From: Sphaerochaetaceae bacterium
GTDB lineage: Bacteria; Spirochaetota; Spirochaetia; Sphaerochaetales; Sphaerochaetaceae
Assembly (NCBI GenBank): GCA_023231265.1
Contig: JALNVT010000001.1
Span: forward strand, 1 to 41,579
DNA length: 41,579 nt
Direction: 5' to 3'
The position numbers were made by a program, and so were the translations under genes. Within the stretch, counting starts at the first letter, position 1, and every line of letters starts with the position of its first letter. Below the pieces are notes generated by a model. It did not search any database. It had not been told where the DNA came from and worked only from the letters and a program-made list of their open reading frames with translations. Shown piece after piece: positions 9,014-18,573 of this stretch.

Positions 9014-9643
9014 ATGAAAGTTATTCTTACACAAGATGTAATTAACCTCGGAGAAGAGGGTGACGTAGTTGTTGTAAAAGACGGCTATGCTCGTAACTAT
9101 TTACTACCTACAGGTAGTGCAATTAGATTCAATAAAACAAACATGGCAATCGTAGCTAGCCGCGCTGCTGCAATTGAAAAGAGAAAAATAGAAAAGAGAC
9201 AGGCATCTGCAACTCTAGCTGAAAGACTTAATGACTTAGAAATTAAGCTTGTTGTATCAGCTGGTGATACAGGTAAACTTTTCGGTTCTGTAACTTCTCT
9301 AATGGTTCAAGATGCATTAGCTAAAGAAGGAATTGAAATCGAAAGAAAGAAGATTGAAATTTCATCTCAAATGGTTAAGATGGTTGGAACATATAGCGTT
9401 CGTGTTCATTTATATGAAAACGACTTCGCTACAATTAAATTAGTTGTAGAAAGCGAAGCTGTAATCAAACAACGTGAAATGGAAGCTAAAAAAGCTGCTG
9501 AAGCTGCTGCTAAAGCAACTGAAGCTGCTGAAAAAGCTGCTGCTAGAGCTGCAAAAGCTGCTGAAGCTGCTGAAGCTGCTGAAGTTGCTGCTGAAGAAGC
9601 ACCAGTTGAAGCTAAAGAAGAAACTCTTGCTACAGAAGAGTAG
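9014..9643 (+). CDS. rplI: 50S ribosomal protein L9 with ~60-aa Ala/Glu/Lys-rich C-terminal extension
   Basis: N-terminus MKVILTQDVINLGEEGDVVVVKDGYARNYLLP is canonical bL9. At 209 aa it is longer than the usual ~150 aa because of a KKAAEAAAKATEAAEKAAARAAKAAEAAEAAEVAAEE tail. Confidence 0.95.
   Translation: MKVILTQDVINLGEEGDVVVVKDGYARNYLLPTGSAIRFNKTNMAIVASRAAAIEKRKIEKRQASATLAERLNDLEIKLVVSAGDTGKLFGSVTSLMVQDALAKEGIEIERKKIEISSQMVKMVGTYSVRVHLYENDFATIKLVVESEAVIKQREMEAKKAAEAAAKATEAAEKAAARAAKAAEAAEAAEVAAEEAPVEAKEETLATEE
9557..9583 (+). repeat. Perfect 9-nt tandem repeat (GCTGCTGAA x3) inside the L9 tail
   Basis: Read directly: gctgctgaa gctgctgaa gctgctgaa, embedded in a longer degenerate GCT/GAA-rich stretch (~9487-9600). 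Confidence 0.9.
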
Positions 9644-9651
9644 GGGTTTTT

Positions 9652-10998
9652 ATGGCATCGGTTGATATAACAGGCCGCATTCCACCTCATAATGATGAGG
9701 CGGAGCGTGCTTTATTAGGAGCTATCCTTCTTGATAGTAAGGTATTTTTCGAAGTATCTGCTATTCTTATAAAGGATGACTTCTATAAAATAGGTCATCA
9801 AGATCTTTATCAAGCGATGCTTGCTTTAAACGAAAGCGATAGCTCTAAAACTATCGACTTAATATCCCTTACTGCCCAACTTAAAAAAGATAATCTTTTA
9901 GATCGTTGTGGTGGTATGGAATATATTTATTCTCTGACTGATAACGTTCCGTCTACAACAAACTCAGTATTCTATGCAAAGTTGATCAAGACTCTTGCAA
10001 TGAGAAGAAATCTACTGAAAGTTGCAAATCAGTTGAGAGACAATTCATTCGATGAAAGTCAAGATATCAAAGATGTTGTTGATGAAGGTGAGAACCTTTT
10101 ATCATTATTAGCAAGTAAAGGTAATGTTGCAAAAGATTACAAAGATGCTAAAGATCTCCTTATTCCAGTAATTAATGATATTGAAAAACGAACCAATGGT
10201 GATGTTAGAATAGGTCTGCAGACAGGATTCACTCTTTTAGATAAATTCCTATCTGGTGGTATCAAAGACCAAGAATATGTTGTCATCGGTGCTCGTCCTT
10301 CAATAGGTAAAACAGCTTTTGCTTTGACAGTTGCAATCAATATGGTTGTTAGAAATAACTATCGTGTTGGATTCTTGTCATTAGAAATGTCAGCAAACAG
10401 CCTTGTTGAAAGAGCTCTAGCTGGAGTCAGCAGAACAAATTTTGGTCATATCAGAACTGGTATTCTTAAGAATGAAGAATTGAATCAGCTCATCAATGCT
10501 TGTGATATTCTTTCTACTAAAGAACTTTACATTCAAGATACTCCAAACATGGAAGCAACTGATGTTAGAACACAGGCCAGAAAGATGAAGAGAGAGAAAG
10601 ATATTCAGATTCTTTTTATCGATTATATTGGTTTGATTCAAAGTGCCAGCAACAATGCTGCTATTCCACGTCATGAACAAATTGCAACCATATCTAGAAT
10701 GTTAAAGCAGCTGACTCGTGAGTTGAATATTCCTATTGTTGTATTATCACAGGTAGGTCGTCAGACTGATGGTGCATTACCAAAGTTGAGTGATTTGAGA
10801 GAATCAGGTGCTATCGAACAGGATGCTGATGTAGTATTGCTGCTTCACAGAAAATCTGATAGTGAAGATCTAATTCAAGATACTGAACTTCTTGTTGCTA
10901 AAAACCGTAACGGTGCTACTGGTAAGATTCATCTGGGCTTCAATAAAGAGATTGTGCGTTTCGAAGAGCTCGTAAACGATATGTCTGCAAACAAATAA
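9652..10998 (+). CDS. dnaB: Replicative DNA helicase DnaB
   Basis: N-terminal PPHNDEAERALLGAILLD, Walker A GARPSIGKTAF, Walker B LFIDYIGLI, and LSDLRESGAIEQDADVV. The canonical length of 448 aa indicates no intein. Confidence 0.95.
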   Translation: MASVDITGRIPPHNDEAERALLGAILLDSKVFFEVSAILIKDDFYKIGHQDLYQAMLALNESDSSKTIDLISLTAQLKKDNLLDRCGGMEYIYSLTDNVPSTTNSVFYAKLIKTLAMRRNLLKVANQLRDNSFDESQDIKDVVDEGENLLSLLASKGNVAKDYKDAKDLLIPVINDIEKRTNGDVRIGLQTGFTLLDKFLSGGIKDQEYVVIGARPSIGKTAFALTVAINMVVRNNYRVGFLSLEMSANSLVERALAGVSRTNFGHIRTGILKNEELNQLINACDILSTKELYIQDTPNMEATDVRTQARKMKREKDIQILFIDYIGLIQSASNNAAIPRHEQIATISRMLKQLTRELNIPIVVLSQVGRQTDGALPKLSDLRESGAIEQDADVVLLLHRKSDSEDLIQDTELLVAKNRNGATGKIHLGFNKEIVRFEELVNDMSANK

Positions 10999-11162
10999 AT
11001 AAAATTTATTATTTTTCTATCCAAAGAAGTAAAACTTCAATCTACTGTCAAGCTGTAGATTGCTATCATGAGCTCAAAATTCATCCTCATATCAACTTCT
11101 TTTGCTAAGTTACATAATTCTTCATCTGAGAAAAGAAATCATCTGTGTTGATTCTGTGCAAA

Positions 11163-11199
11163 TAAAAAAATGACTATAACTTTCGTTACAGTCATTTTC
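11163..11199. terminator. Bidirectional rho-independent terminator between dnaB (+) and the radical SAM gene (-)
   Basis: A-run, stem TGACTATAAC / GTTACAGTCA (one mismatch), loop TTTC, then TTTT. It is positioned between two convergent genes. Confidence 0.7.
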
Positions 11200-11228
11200 A
11201 AATATGTAATCAATACAATACTGATTTA

Positions 11229-12635
11229 TTAGTTTGCGGATTTAGCTGCTGCTTTTTCAGCCTTCAATTCTTCCCAGTATGGTTCTGAAACCTTTGCCCA
11301 TTCTTTAGCATATTCTATGTTCTTAGCTGTCAAATGTTCTGCTGTCTCTGGTGCTTGATAATCTGTTGATTTTGCGCCAGCATTCTTTACCATCTCTGCT
11401 AGATTCTCAGGATTCTCCAACATAGGACAAGGTCTCAACATGTTTTCATTGAAAGGTTGTCTCTGTCTATATTGCATGAACAATGGCTGCTGTAAAGCTT
11501 CAAGAAGAGTGTCTCTCTTGATGTTTGCAGTTGAATAGTGGATGAATACACATGGTTCTACATCACCTAAAGCATTGATGTGTAAGAAGTGTTTTCCACC
11601 TGCTATACATCCGCCAACATATTCAGCATCACCTTGGAAATCGATTGGGAAAATCTGGTGATAATTCTTACATGATCTAACTTCTCTCAGTCTCTTGTGG
11701 AATTTGATTCTCTGTTCTGGTGTTGGAACCAATTCATTGGATACATTCTCACCAACTGGCATGAAGTGGAAGTACCATGAATATAGAGCACCTTTTTCTT
11801 CAATTAAATCCAAGAATTCATCAGAAAGAACAGTATCACAGTTAAGTTTTGTCCAACATGTAGAGATACCAAATGCCAGTTTTCTTTCGTGCAATAGATC
11901 CATTGCAGTCATAACAGCATCAAAAGATTCACCACCACGACGGTAATCATTCTGCTCTTCAAAACCTTCTAGAGAGAAGCCCAAAATGATGTTACCAAGT
12001 TCAAGCATCTCATCAGCAAATTTTGCATCAACTAGAGTACCATTTGTGAAAGGGTGGAATACACAGTCTTTGTGTTTTCTTGCTAATTTTATAATTTCAT
12101 CTTTCTTCACAAGAGGTTCACCACCAGTCATAAGATAGAAGTGAGTACCCAGTGCTTTACCTTGAGTTACAATGGAATCCATCTCTTCAAAGGTCAAAGA
12201 ATCTTTATGACCGTATTCACCTGACCAACAACCTTTACAGTGTCTGTTACATGCACTTGTTGGATCAAAAATCATTGTCCAAGGAACGTTACAATCATAT
12301 TTTTCACTTGTTGCTCTAACTTGAGCCAGCCCCTTATAACCTGCTTCATAACCTAGGTTTAGAAGTAAAGTTTTGATCTGTTTTTCATTAAGATTGTTAA
12401 GGATTTTGTTAGCGTAAGCTCCCCATTTTGATTCTGGGTCATCGATATATCTGATCATACCTGAGAAAGCATTTCCACCAGACATCTCTTTGTCTGTTTC
12501 AGTAGGTTTGAAGAATTTGCCTAAGATATTCAAGATATCCTTGATTCCGTCTTCTGGATTTTTCTTTGCATGCTTTAGGCCTAAATCGATACCAGCTCCG
12601 ATTGCAGATCTTGTAGCTTTTTGTGTAAAATTCAT
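11229..12635 (-). CDS. Radical SAM enzyme with C-terminal SPASM/twitch-like Cys cluster and ~115-aa N-terminal extension, function unknown
   Basis: CxxxCxxC motif (SACNRHCKGCW), SAM-binding-type GGEPL, and C-terminal cysteines (GGCIAGG...GDVEPCVF...RPCP). The N-terminal helical region before the cluster has no motif I recognise. Confidence 0.8.
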   Translation of the reverse strand: MNFTQKATRSAIGAGIDLGLKHAKKNPEDGIKDILNILGKFFKPTETDKEMSGGNAFSGMIRYIDDPESKWGAYANKILNNLNEKQIKTLLLNLGYEAGYKGLAQVRATSEKYDCNVPWTMIFDPTSACNRHCKGCWSGEYGHKDSLTFEEMDSIVTQGKALGTHFYLMTGGEPLVKKDEIIKLARKHKDCVFHPFTNGTLVDAKFADEMLELGNIILGFSLEGFEEQNDYRRGGESFDAVMTAMDLLHERKLAFGISTCWTKLNCDTVLSDEFLDLIEEKGALYSWYFHFMPVGENVSNELVPTPEQRIKFHKRLREVRSCKNYHQIFPIDFQGDAEYVGGCIAGGKHFLHINALGDVEPCVFIHYSTANIKRDTLLEALQQPLFMQYRQRQPFNENMLRPCPMLENPENLAEMVKNAGAKSTDYQAPETAEHLTAKNIEYAKEWAKVSEPYWEELKAEKAAAKSAN

Positions 12636-13014
12636 TTATTTCACGTCCTTATATTATTAATTATTTAAACACAGTGTAAATGGTAAAACTTAACAGTCTT
12701 ACTTACTTATAATATACAACTCGATTTGTTTGTTTAGTATGGTCAATATATGTAAAGTGTGCAATTTGTAAACAGTTATAGATATCTGTGTATTATTATT
12801 AGAACAAAACCGTCGTATATGTCAATAAAAAATAATAAAATAATAAATTATAGTAATTTTTTGTGAAAAAAATATCAGTAATAAATGTGTAAAAATCCAA
12901 TATGTTTCAAATATAAGACCATATGTGGTTGCATTGATTGTGATGTTTGAAATAATATCAGCACCATTTGTAAGTGAACATGAATCTCTGAATATTCAAA
13001 AAGGTGTGTATGTA

Positions 13015-13848
13015 TTATAACATTATGGTGGTTCCAACAGCTGTATAATAGCTGTTCTGCTTCTTTAATTTGAGTCTCTCACATATGGCTTTTCCACTGC
13101 AATGGCAGAAATAACAATTCTTCACATTCAAATTGATGAGAGAATTTGCTATGGCATTGATGCTTGCATCAGTCTCTTTTGAAAGATGTGTACCACCTAT
13201 AACAGTTGAGACTTTCTTACCATCAAATAATGAGTTTACATTGTTGATTATGTTTATGATACCAGGGTGTGAGCAACCAACTATTAACATCAAATCTGTC
13301 TCTCGTTCAATTACCATGGCAACCTCATCTTCAAAGTAATCATCCCTCAACTTACCATCCTCCATTACTGCAAATCTTCTGAAAGATGCATCAGAGTTCT
13401 TCTCACATGTGAAGTTCGATACCAGATAGACATGTTCTGTGATAGCGAGTTTGTTCTCTACCTCAGTTCTTTTTATTTCCTCTCGATTGAAGAAATCTTT
13501 ATCAAGATTGTATCCAAGATATTCTATTTCATTGCTGTTGTTTTTGACTCGTCCATATTTTTTCAAACTGAAGTTCTTTCCTGTGTATAGAATCTTACCA
13601 TGAAGAAGTGGGGCTGCTTCAAGAAGTCCGTTTATATGATCATAGTGAGAGTGTGATGATACCAAATAATCTACTTCAGATAGATCGATATCTAGTGTTT
13701 TTGCATTGTGGATCAGCACATCAGTTGATCCAAAATCAAAAAGAATTTTCTTACCATCATAATTCAAGAACAGTGAAAATCCATGTTCAGTTTTTAAAAA
13801 TCGATGTTGACCTCTGTTGTTGTCTACTAAAATGGTACAGTATTGCAT
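13015..13848 (-). CDS. Metallo-beta-lactamase-fold hydrolase (COG1237-like)
   Basis: HxHxDH motif (SSHSHYDHINGL) and the downstream GCSHPGIINI motif typical of this MBL subgroup. SD AAGGAG lies 9 nt after the rseP stop, so it is probably the last gene of the rpsB..rseP operon. Confidence 0.8.
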   Translation of the reverse strand: MQYCTILVDNNRGQHRFLKTEHGFSLFLNYDGKKILFDFGSTDVLIHNAKTLDIDLSEVDYLVSSHSHYDHINGLLEAAPLLHGKILYTGKNFSLKKYGRVKNNSNEIEYLGYNLDKDFFNREEIKRTEVENKLAITEHVYLVSNFTCEKNSDASFRRFAVMEDGKLRDDYFEDEVAMVIERETDLMLIVGCSHPGIINIINNVNSLFDGKKVSTVIGGTHLSKETDASINAIANSLINLNVKNCYFCHCSGKAICERLKLKKQNSYYTAVGTTIML

Positions 13849-13857
13849 GCTGACTCC

Positions 13858-15273
13858 TTACTTACTGGCTAAGTGTACCAAATAGAAATATCGAATATCA
13901 ATGAAGTACATAAACGCAAATATACATATAACGCATATCATTCCAAACAGTTGGCATCTCCAATAGTTGCTTGGTGATATCTGCTTTCTTGTTATTGTCT
14001 CAAGAAGGGCTATGAGCATCTGTCCTCCATCAAATGATGGCAGAGGCAGAAGATTTGCAATTGCAATGGATATTGAAACAACTGCAAGAAGATAGAACAG
14101 TGCTCTGAATCCTGATGATAGGCTGTTTTCAAATCCCATAACAGTGATGTCACCAATCATGAGACTTGCTCTCATGGGACCTGTAAACACCTGTCTGACA
14201 TCATCTTTTTGTTTTTTGAGCAAGCTTATCACTGTGTTGATTGTATCAGTGAATAGGTGAAGAGCATTGTTTGCACCATATGGAAGTGCATCAATGAATG
14301 TCATCCCATCAATTATTCTTGTTGGAGAATAAAGAGAGAATTTATTCTGTCTCTTGCCATTTGAAAAATCAGGAGTGTATGTTATATCGATGCTCTCATC
14401 ATCTCTGATTATATTCAAAGTTATGTCTTCCATCTCAACACTGTGAAGGGCAGTAAGTAAATCAAGATTGTTGAAAACCGGAATGCCATTCACACTTTGA
14501 ATCACATCCTTCTTCTCAAGTCCCGCTTTTGCTTCTGGACTGAAGAATCTAACACTGCTTATTATAGGATCCATGATGTTGGACAGTCCATAGCGATATG
14601 TACCATCATCATTTGGAGAACCAGATACTGGAATATTGAGGATATGAGATTTGCCATCTACATATCTTTGAACAGTAAACATTAAATTCTGTTTTTTGTT
14701 GGAGGCAAGAAATGATGCCATATCTTGATAATCTCTAACTGTATGGTCTTCAATCATCAGAACTCTATCATCTTTTAACATACCTGATTCACCAGCAGGA
14801 CTATCTGATTCTGCAAATAGGTATGGATAATCTGTAACAGGAGTTACATAACATGGTGTTGATAGAGTTGGATAGGAAAGTGATGCAAGTATTGTACATA
14901 GGATCACTGATAGAATTATATTTGTGAGAGGACCTGCAAAATACGTGAGAAAGCGTCTGAAAGGATGCACAGAGAAAAGAGAGCCCTGTTCTATGTGTTT
15001 GAATCGTTTTGCTTTCACACTCAGAGCATGAGTCAAATCATCAGACCCTTTTAGACGACAGTATCCTCCAAAAGGAATTAGAGATAGTCTGTATTCAGTC
15101 TTTCCCCATTGCTTTCCAACAACTTTTGGGCCAAAACCGAGTGAGAATATCTCAACGTCTATACCATTGATATGTGCAGCTACAAAATGTCCGAATTCAT
15201 GAAGAATTACAATTGTACCCACTCCTATTATACCAAGTGCATATTTAATCAGAGTTTGAAGTATTTGATCCAT
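13858..15273 (-). CDS. rseP: RIP site-2 metalloprotease (RseP/YaeL family)
   Basis: HEFGHF (HExxH) in the first TM segment, central PDZ-like region, and the C-terminal membrane-embedded NLLPLPSFDGG motif. Confidence 0.9.
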   Translation of the reverse strand: MDQILQTLIKYALGIIGVGTIVILHEFGHFVAAHINGIDVEIFSLGFGPKVVGKQWGKTEYRLSLIPFGGYCRLKGSDDLTHALSVKAKRFKHIEQGSLFSVHPFRRFLTYFAGPLTNIILSVILCTILASLSYPTLSTPCYVTPVTDYPYLFAESDSPAGESGMLKDDRVLMIEDHTVRDYQDMASFLASNKKQNLMFTVQRYVDGKSHILNIPVSGSPNDDGTYRYGLSNIMDPIISSVRFFSPEAKAGLEKKDVIQSVNGIPVFNNLDLLTALHSVEMEDITLNIIRDDESIDITYTPDFSNGKRQNKFSLYSPTRIIDGMTFIDALPYGANNALHLFTDTINTVISLLKKQKDDVRQVFTGPMRASLMIGDITVMGFENSLSSGFRALFYLLAVVSISIAIANLLPLPSFDGGQMLIALLETITRKQISPSNYWRCQLFGMICVICIFAFMYFIDIRYFYLVHLASK

Positions 15274-15277
15274 AATT

Positions 15278-16396
15278 TTATAATTGTTTTATATAGTTTC
15301 TAGCTAATTCTCTTGCTCTTTTATCTATTTCAATTGATTCTTCAAGAGAGGAAGATGCAATTGAAAAGTCATTCTGCATTACATCGAGAACACAATCTTG
15401 AAGTTGAAGATATGTTATTTGATTGTCTAAAAATGATACTACAGCCACTTCGTTGGATCCATTGAATGCAATTGGATAACCTTTACCCGATTCCAGTATA
15501 TCATATGAAATCTTCAAAAGGGGAAATTTCTTGAAATCTGGTTTTTCAAATGTAAGGCTCAGAGCATCAAAGCCAAGTGGTTTGACCAAATTGCAGTCAT
15601 CATAGGTACCAAGCAAACCTTCAATTATAGGTAAGCTCATGTTTGGAGTTCCCATTTGAGAGTAAATAGCGCCATCTTTCATTCTGATCATTGAGTGAAC
15701 AATGGATTGTGGATGGACCACTACTTCTATATGGTCTTTATCAAAGTTGAAGAGATAGGAAGCCTCAATGACCTCAAGAGCTTTGTTTGCAAGAGTGGAG
15801 CTATCAATTGTGATTTTTTTGCCCATCTTCCAAGTTGGATGATTCAGGGCTCTTTCAACAGTTATATTTTTGAATTCTGAAAGAGGAAGTGTTCTGAATG
15901 GACCACCACTTGCTGTAATTATGAGTTTATCTACATGGGAGCTTTTGTGAGCATCAAGCAGGGCTTTTATTGCAGAATGTTCACTGTCGACAGGGATAAT
16001 TTTGCTTCCTGTCTTCTCTGCGAGCTTGAATATGTATGATCCGCCTGATACAACAGATTCCTTATTTGCGAGAGCCAAGTCCAGACCTCTTTTTAGAACT
16101 TCTGTACTTGCTGCCAAGCCTTCGAATCCAGATATACCATTCAAAACGATATCACATTCAGTGCTATCTAAGAGCTCTGCTATGGAGCTATAATAATCAA
16201 AGCAATCACAATGAGCTCTATTTGAAGCAATATGAAGAGATCTAACATGGAAATCATCACCAATTTTTTCAAGTTTTTGAACTTGTGTATTTGCGCTTAT
16301 TCCAACAACGTTTAAAGGTAATTTATTTTCTCTAATAGAATTTAAACAGGTAGTACCAATACTACCTGTTGCGCCAAGAATTATAACTCTTTTCAT
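15278..16396 (-). CDS. dxr: 1-deoxy-D-xylulose 5-phosphate reductoisomerase
   Basis: ILGATGSIGT NADPH-binding N-terminus, LANKESVV, PVDSEHSA, NHPTWKMG and LANKALEVIEA motifs. Confidence 0.95.
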   Translation of the reverse strand: MKRVIILGATGSIGTTCLNSIRENKLPLNVVGISANTQVQKLEKIGDDFHVRSLHIASNRAHCDCFDYYSSIAELLDSTECDIVLNGISGFEGLAASTEVLKRGLDLALANKESVVSGGSYIFKLAEKTGSKIIPVDSEHSAIKALLDAHKSSHVDKLIITASGGPFRTLPLSEFKNITVERALNHPTWKMGKKITIDSSTLANKALEVIEASYLFNFDKDHIEVVVHPQSIVHSMIRMKDGAIYSQMGTPNMSLPIIEGLLGTYDDCNLVKPLGFDALSLTFEKPDFKKFPLLKISYDILESGKGYPIAFNGSNEVAVVSFLDNQITYLQLQDCVLDVMQNDFSIASSSLEESIEIDKRARELARNYIKQL

Positions 16397-16399
16397 TTT

Positions 16400-17248
16400 T
16401 TATCTTCCTAGAATTTGCAATAAAATATAAAAAACAGGTGCTGCGGTTAGAATTGAATCTAAGTTATCAAGTGCGCCACCACGACCTGGAATGATATCTC
16501 CTGAATCTTTGACCTCTGACGATCTTTTGATTACCGATTCTACCAAGTCTCCAATGTTAGCTGAAATAGCTACAAGGAAAGCAATTATTGCTGTTGAGAG
16601 AATCGAAAAAGTATCAGAGATGGTTGGGATGATGAAGTAACAGATTATGCCAATTGCAATTGAGCTCAAAATGCCTCCAATGAATCCAACCAAGCTTTTG
16701 TTTGGACTTGCCTTGAAAATTCCCTTAGTTTTTTTCCCAAATGAAATTCCGAAAATATAAGCAAATATATCATTGGAAAATACAAGTAGAAAGAACAGAG
16801 CATACAGTGCTGAAGCATTGTAAAAAAGACTGAATCCTATGATGAAAGAGACCAGATAATTGGGATATATTATAACTAAAGTATCATATGCAATTGTTTC
16901 TAGTGATTTATCAAAAGGTTTTTCTTGATTTGCTCCCTGGAATATCTCTCTAGAGAACGAGAATAAAACTAAAAAAATCAAAAATAGGTTTGTTAAATTT
17001 GAAAATCCAAATTGAATAGACAACCATTGAGAAATTGGTAACACCGCTCCAATATAAGGCGAGAAGTTCAATTTGCAACCGCTTTTCTTTGAAATTATGT
17101 CTGCCATCTCTTTTGAACCTAAGATTGCAAATATTGTTGCTCCAATAGCAAATGCCAAATGGTTAAATTGTGGTAATGCAAATACTATAATCAGTACAAT
17201 TGGAACACCTACTAAAACTGTAGTTAATCTTTTTTTAAAAGATGACAT
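16400..17248 (-). CDS. cdsA: Phosphatidate cytidylyltransferase
   Basis: Polytopic membrane protein with the CDS signature region SVIKRSSEVKDSGDIIPGRGGALDNLDS (cf. KR..GVKD.G..IPGHGG.LDR.DS). Confidence 0.9.
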   Translation of the reverse strand: MSSFKKRLTTVLVGVPIVLIIVFALPQFNHLAFAIGATIFAILGSKEMADIISKKSGCKLNFSPYIGAVLPISQWLSIQFGFSNLTNLFLIFLVLFSFSREIFQGANQEKPFDKSLETIAYDTLVIIYPNYLVSFIIGFSLFYNASALYALFFLLVFSNDIFAYIFGISFGKKTKGIFKASPNKSLVGFIGGILSSIAIGIICYFIIPTISDTFSILSTAIIAFLVAISANIGDLVESVIKRSSEVKDSGDIIPGRGGALDNLDSILTAAPVFYILLQILGR

Positions 17249-17944
17249 TTATTTACCAAGACCTCCGAATTTTCTAGTTCGTTTTTGGAAATCATTTTTT
17301 ATCACTTTTATAAAATCTTCATTCCACTCTGGAAATAGCTTATCATAAAAACCAAATTCAGAGTAGGCACTTTCCCATAAAAGAAAATTGCTCAATCTTT
17401 TTTCGCCTGCAGATCTAACAATCATATCTACAGGAGGTACAAAAGGATATTGGATGTGTTTCCTTATTATTTCTGGTGTGATAGGAGCTTGGATTTTTTC
17501 TTCAATTATTTCATTGACGGCCCGAGCAATTTCGTTTTGACCACCGTAATTGAAGCATATAATAACTGTTATAGTTGAATTGTTTTCTGTTGCATCTTCT
17601 GTTTTTTTGATAGCAGCTGCAACTTTAGGAGGTATGTTTGAACTATCTCCTCTGACTAAAATTCGAATACCATTGGTATTGTAGAATTTTAATTCTGCTG
17701 GTAATTTGGTTGCGACCAAATTAAGTAAATATTTAACTTCTTGATCAGGTCGCTTCCAATTTTCTGTAGAAAAAGCATAGAGAGATAAGAACTTAATATT
17801 GTTGGAAATACTTCCGAGAATACATTTTCTTAAAGCTTTTAAGCCTTCGAGGTGTCCTGCAGTTCTAGGTAAATTTCGAGCACTTGCCCATCTTCCATTA
17901 CCATCCATAATTATTCCAAGATGTATTAAGTCCTTGTCATCCAT
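17249..17944 (-). CDS. uppS: Undecaprenyl (isoprenyl) diphosphate synthase
   Basis: HLGIIMDGNGRWA, AFSTENWKRP and RLSNFLLWESAYSE motifs. I moved the start from 18004 to the ATG at 17944 (MDDKDL..), because the longer form would overlap the frr coding end by 59 nt. Confidence 0.9.
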   Translation of the reverse strand: MDDKDLIHLGIIMDGNGRWASARNLPRTAGHLEGLKALRKCILGSISNNIKFLSLYAFSTENWKRPDQEVKYLLNLVATKLPAELKFYNTNGIRILVRGDSSNIPPKVAAAIKKTEDATENNSTITVIICFNYGGQNEIARAVNEIIEEKIQAPITPEIIRKHIQYPFVPPVDMIVRSAGEKRLSNFLLWESAYSEFGFYDKLFPEWNEDFIKVIKNDFQKRTRKFGGLGK

Positions 17945-17945
17945 A

Positions 17946-18500
17946 CTAGATCTCCATGATTTCTTTTTCTTTAGCAGCTGAAACTTCGCCAATTTCTGCA
18001 ACATATTGGTCAGTCAACTTTTGAATTTTTGCATCTGCAGTCTTCTGTTCATCTTCACTGATTTCAGATTTCTTTTCCAATGCTTTGATTTCATCCATTG
18101 CTTCACGACGAATGTTACGAATTGAAACTTTGCTTTTTTCTGCGATTTGTTTAGCTTGTTTGGCTAGGTCTTTACGACGATCAGCAGTAAGAGCAGGGAA
18201 GTTAATTCTGATTAATTTTCCATCATTGTTAGGAGTCAATCCTAAATCACTCTTTAGGATAGCTTTTTCAATTGCAGGAAGAACTGTTTTGTCCCAAGGT
18301 TGAATAACAACCATTCTTGCTTCAGGAACACTGATGGTACCAACCTGAGATAAAGGAGTTTGAGCACCATAGTATTCAACATTGATGTTGTTGAATAAAG
18401 CAGAGCTTGCACGACCAGTTCTTAGAGTGGTGTATTCGTTATTTAAGGCAATAACTGTCTTTTGCATTTTACTTTCGCAAGTTTTTATTATAGATTCCAT
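17946..18500 (-). CDS. frr: Ribosome recycling factor
   Basis: 184 aa with typical RRF pattern (LRTGRAS..L...V.YYG...PL.Q...I..PE.R...I.PWD, IRNIRR). Confidence 0.95.
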   Translation of the reverse strand: MESIIKTCESKMQKTVIALNNEYTTLRTGRASSALFNNINVEYYGAQTPLSQVGTISVPEARMVVIQPWDKTVLPAIEKAILKSDLGLTPNNDGKLIRINFPALTADRRKDLAKQAKQIAEKSKVSIRNIRREAMDEIKALEKKSEISEDEQKTADAKIQKLTDQYVAEIGEVSAAKEKEIMEI

Positions 18501-18573
18501 AATTTACCTCTTTTTAACAAGTAGCTCACCAGTTTGCACCAGTGAGCTTTCAATTATTAAGTATTAATCAGAC

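Noticed and set aside
9406-9690. Alternative-frame and antisense ORFs (9474..9665 +, 9406..9690 -) with K/L- or A/S-rich products
   Set aside because: They are translations of the GCT/GAA repeat array of the rplI tail in other frames. They have no independent start signals.
12636-13014. Riboswitch or RiPP precursor peptide upstream of the radical SAM gene
   Set aside because: The region is extremely AT-rich with no GC-supported helices. The only small ORFs (e.g. a 30-codon one) lack SD sequences and any Cys/Gly-rich core typical of precursors.
17945-18004. Longer uppS start that overlaps the 3' end of frr
   Set aside because: The internal ATG at 17944 gives the conserved N-terminus (..LIHLGIIMDGNGRWA) and sits 1 nt after the frr stop. 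A 59-nt overlap is unnecessary.
18501-18573. Missing pyrH between tsf and frr as a possible deletion
   Set aside because: As far as I recall, rpsB-tsf-frr-uppS-cdsA without pyrH is the normal spirochaete arrangement. The 73-nt spacer shows no gene remnant.
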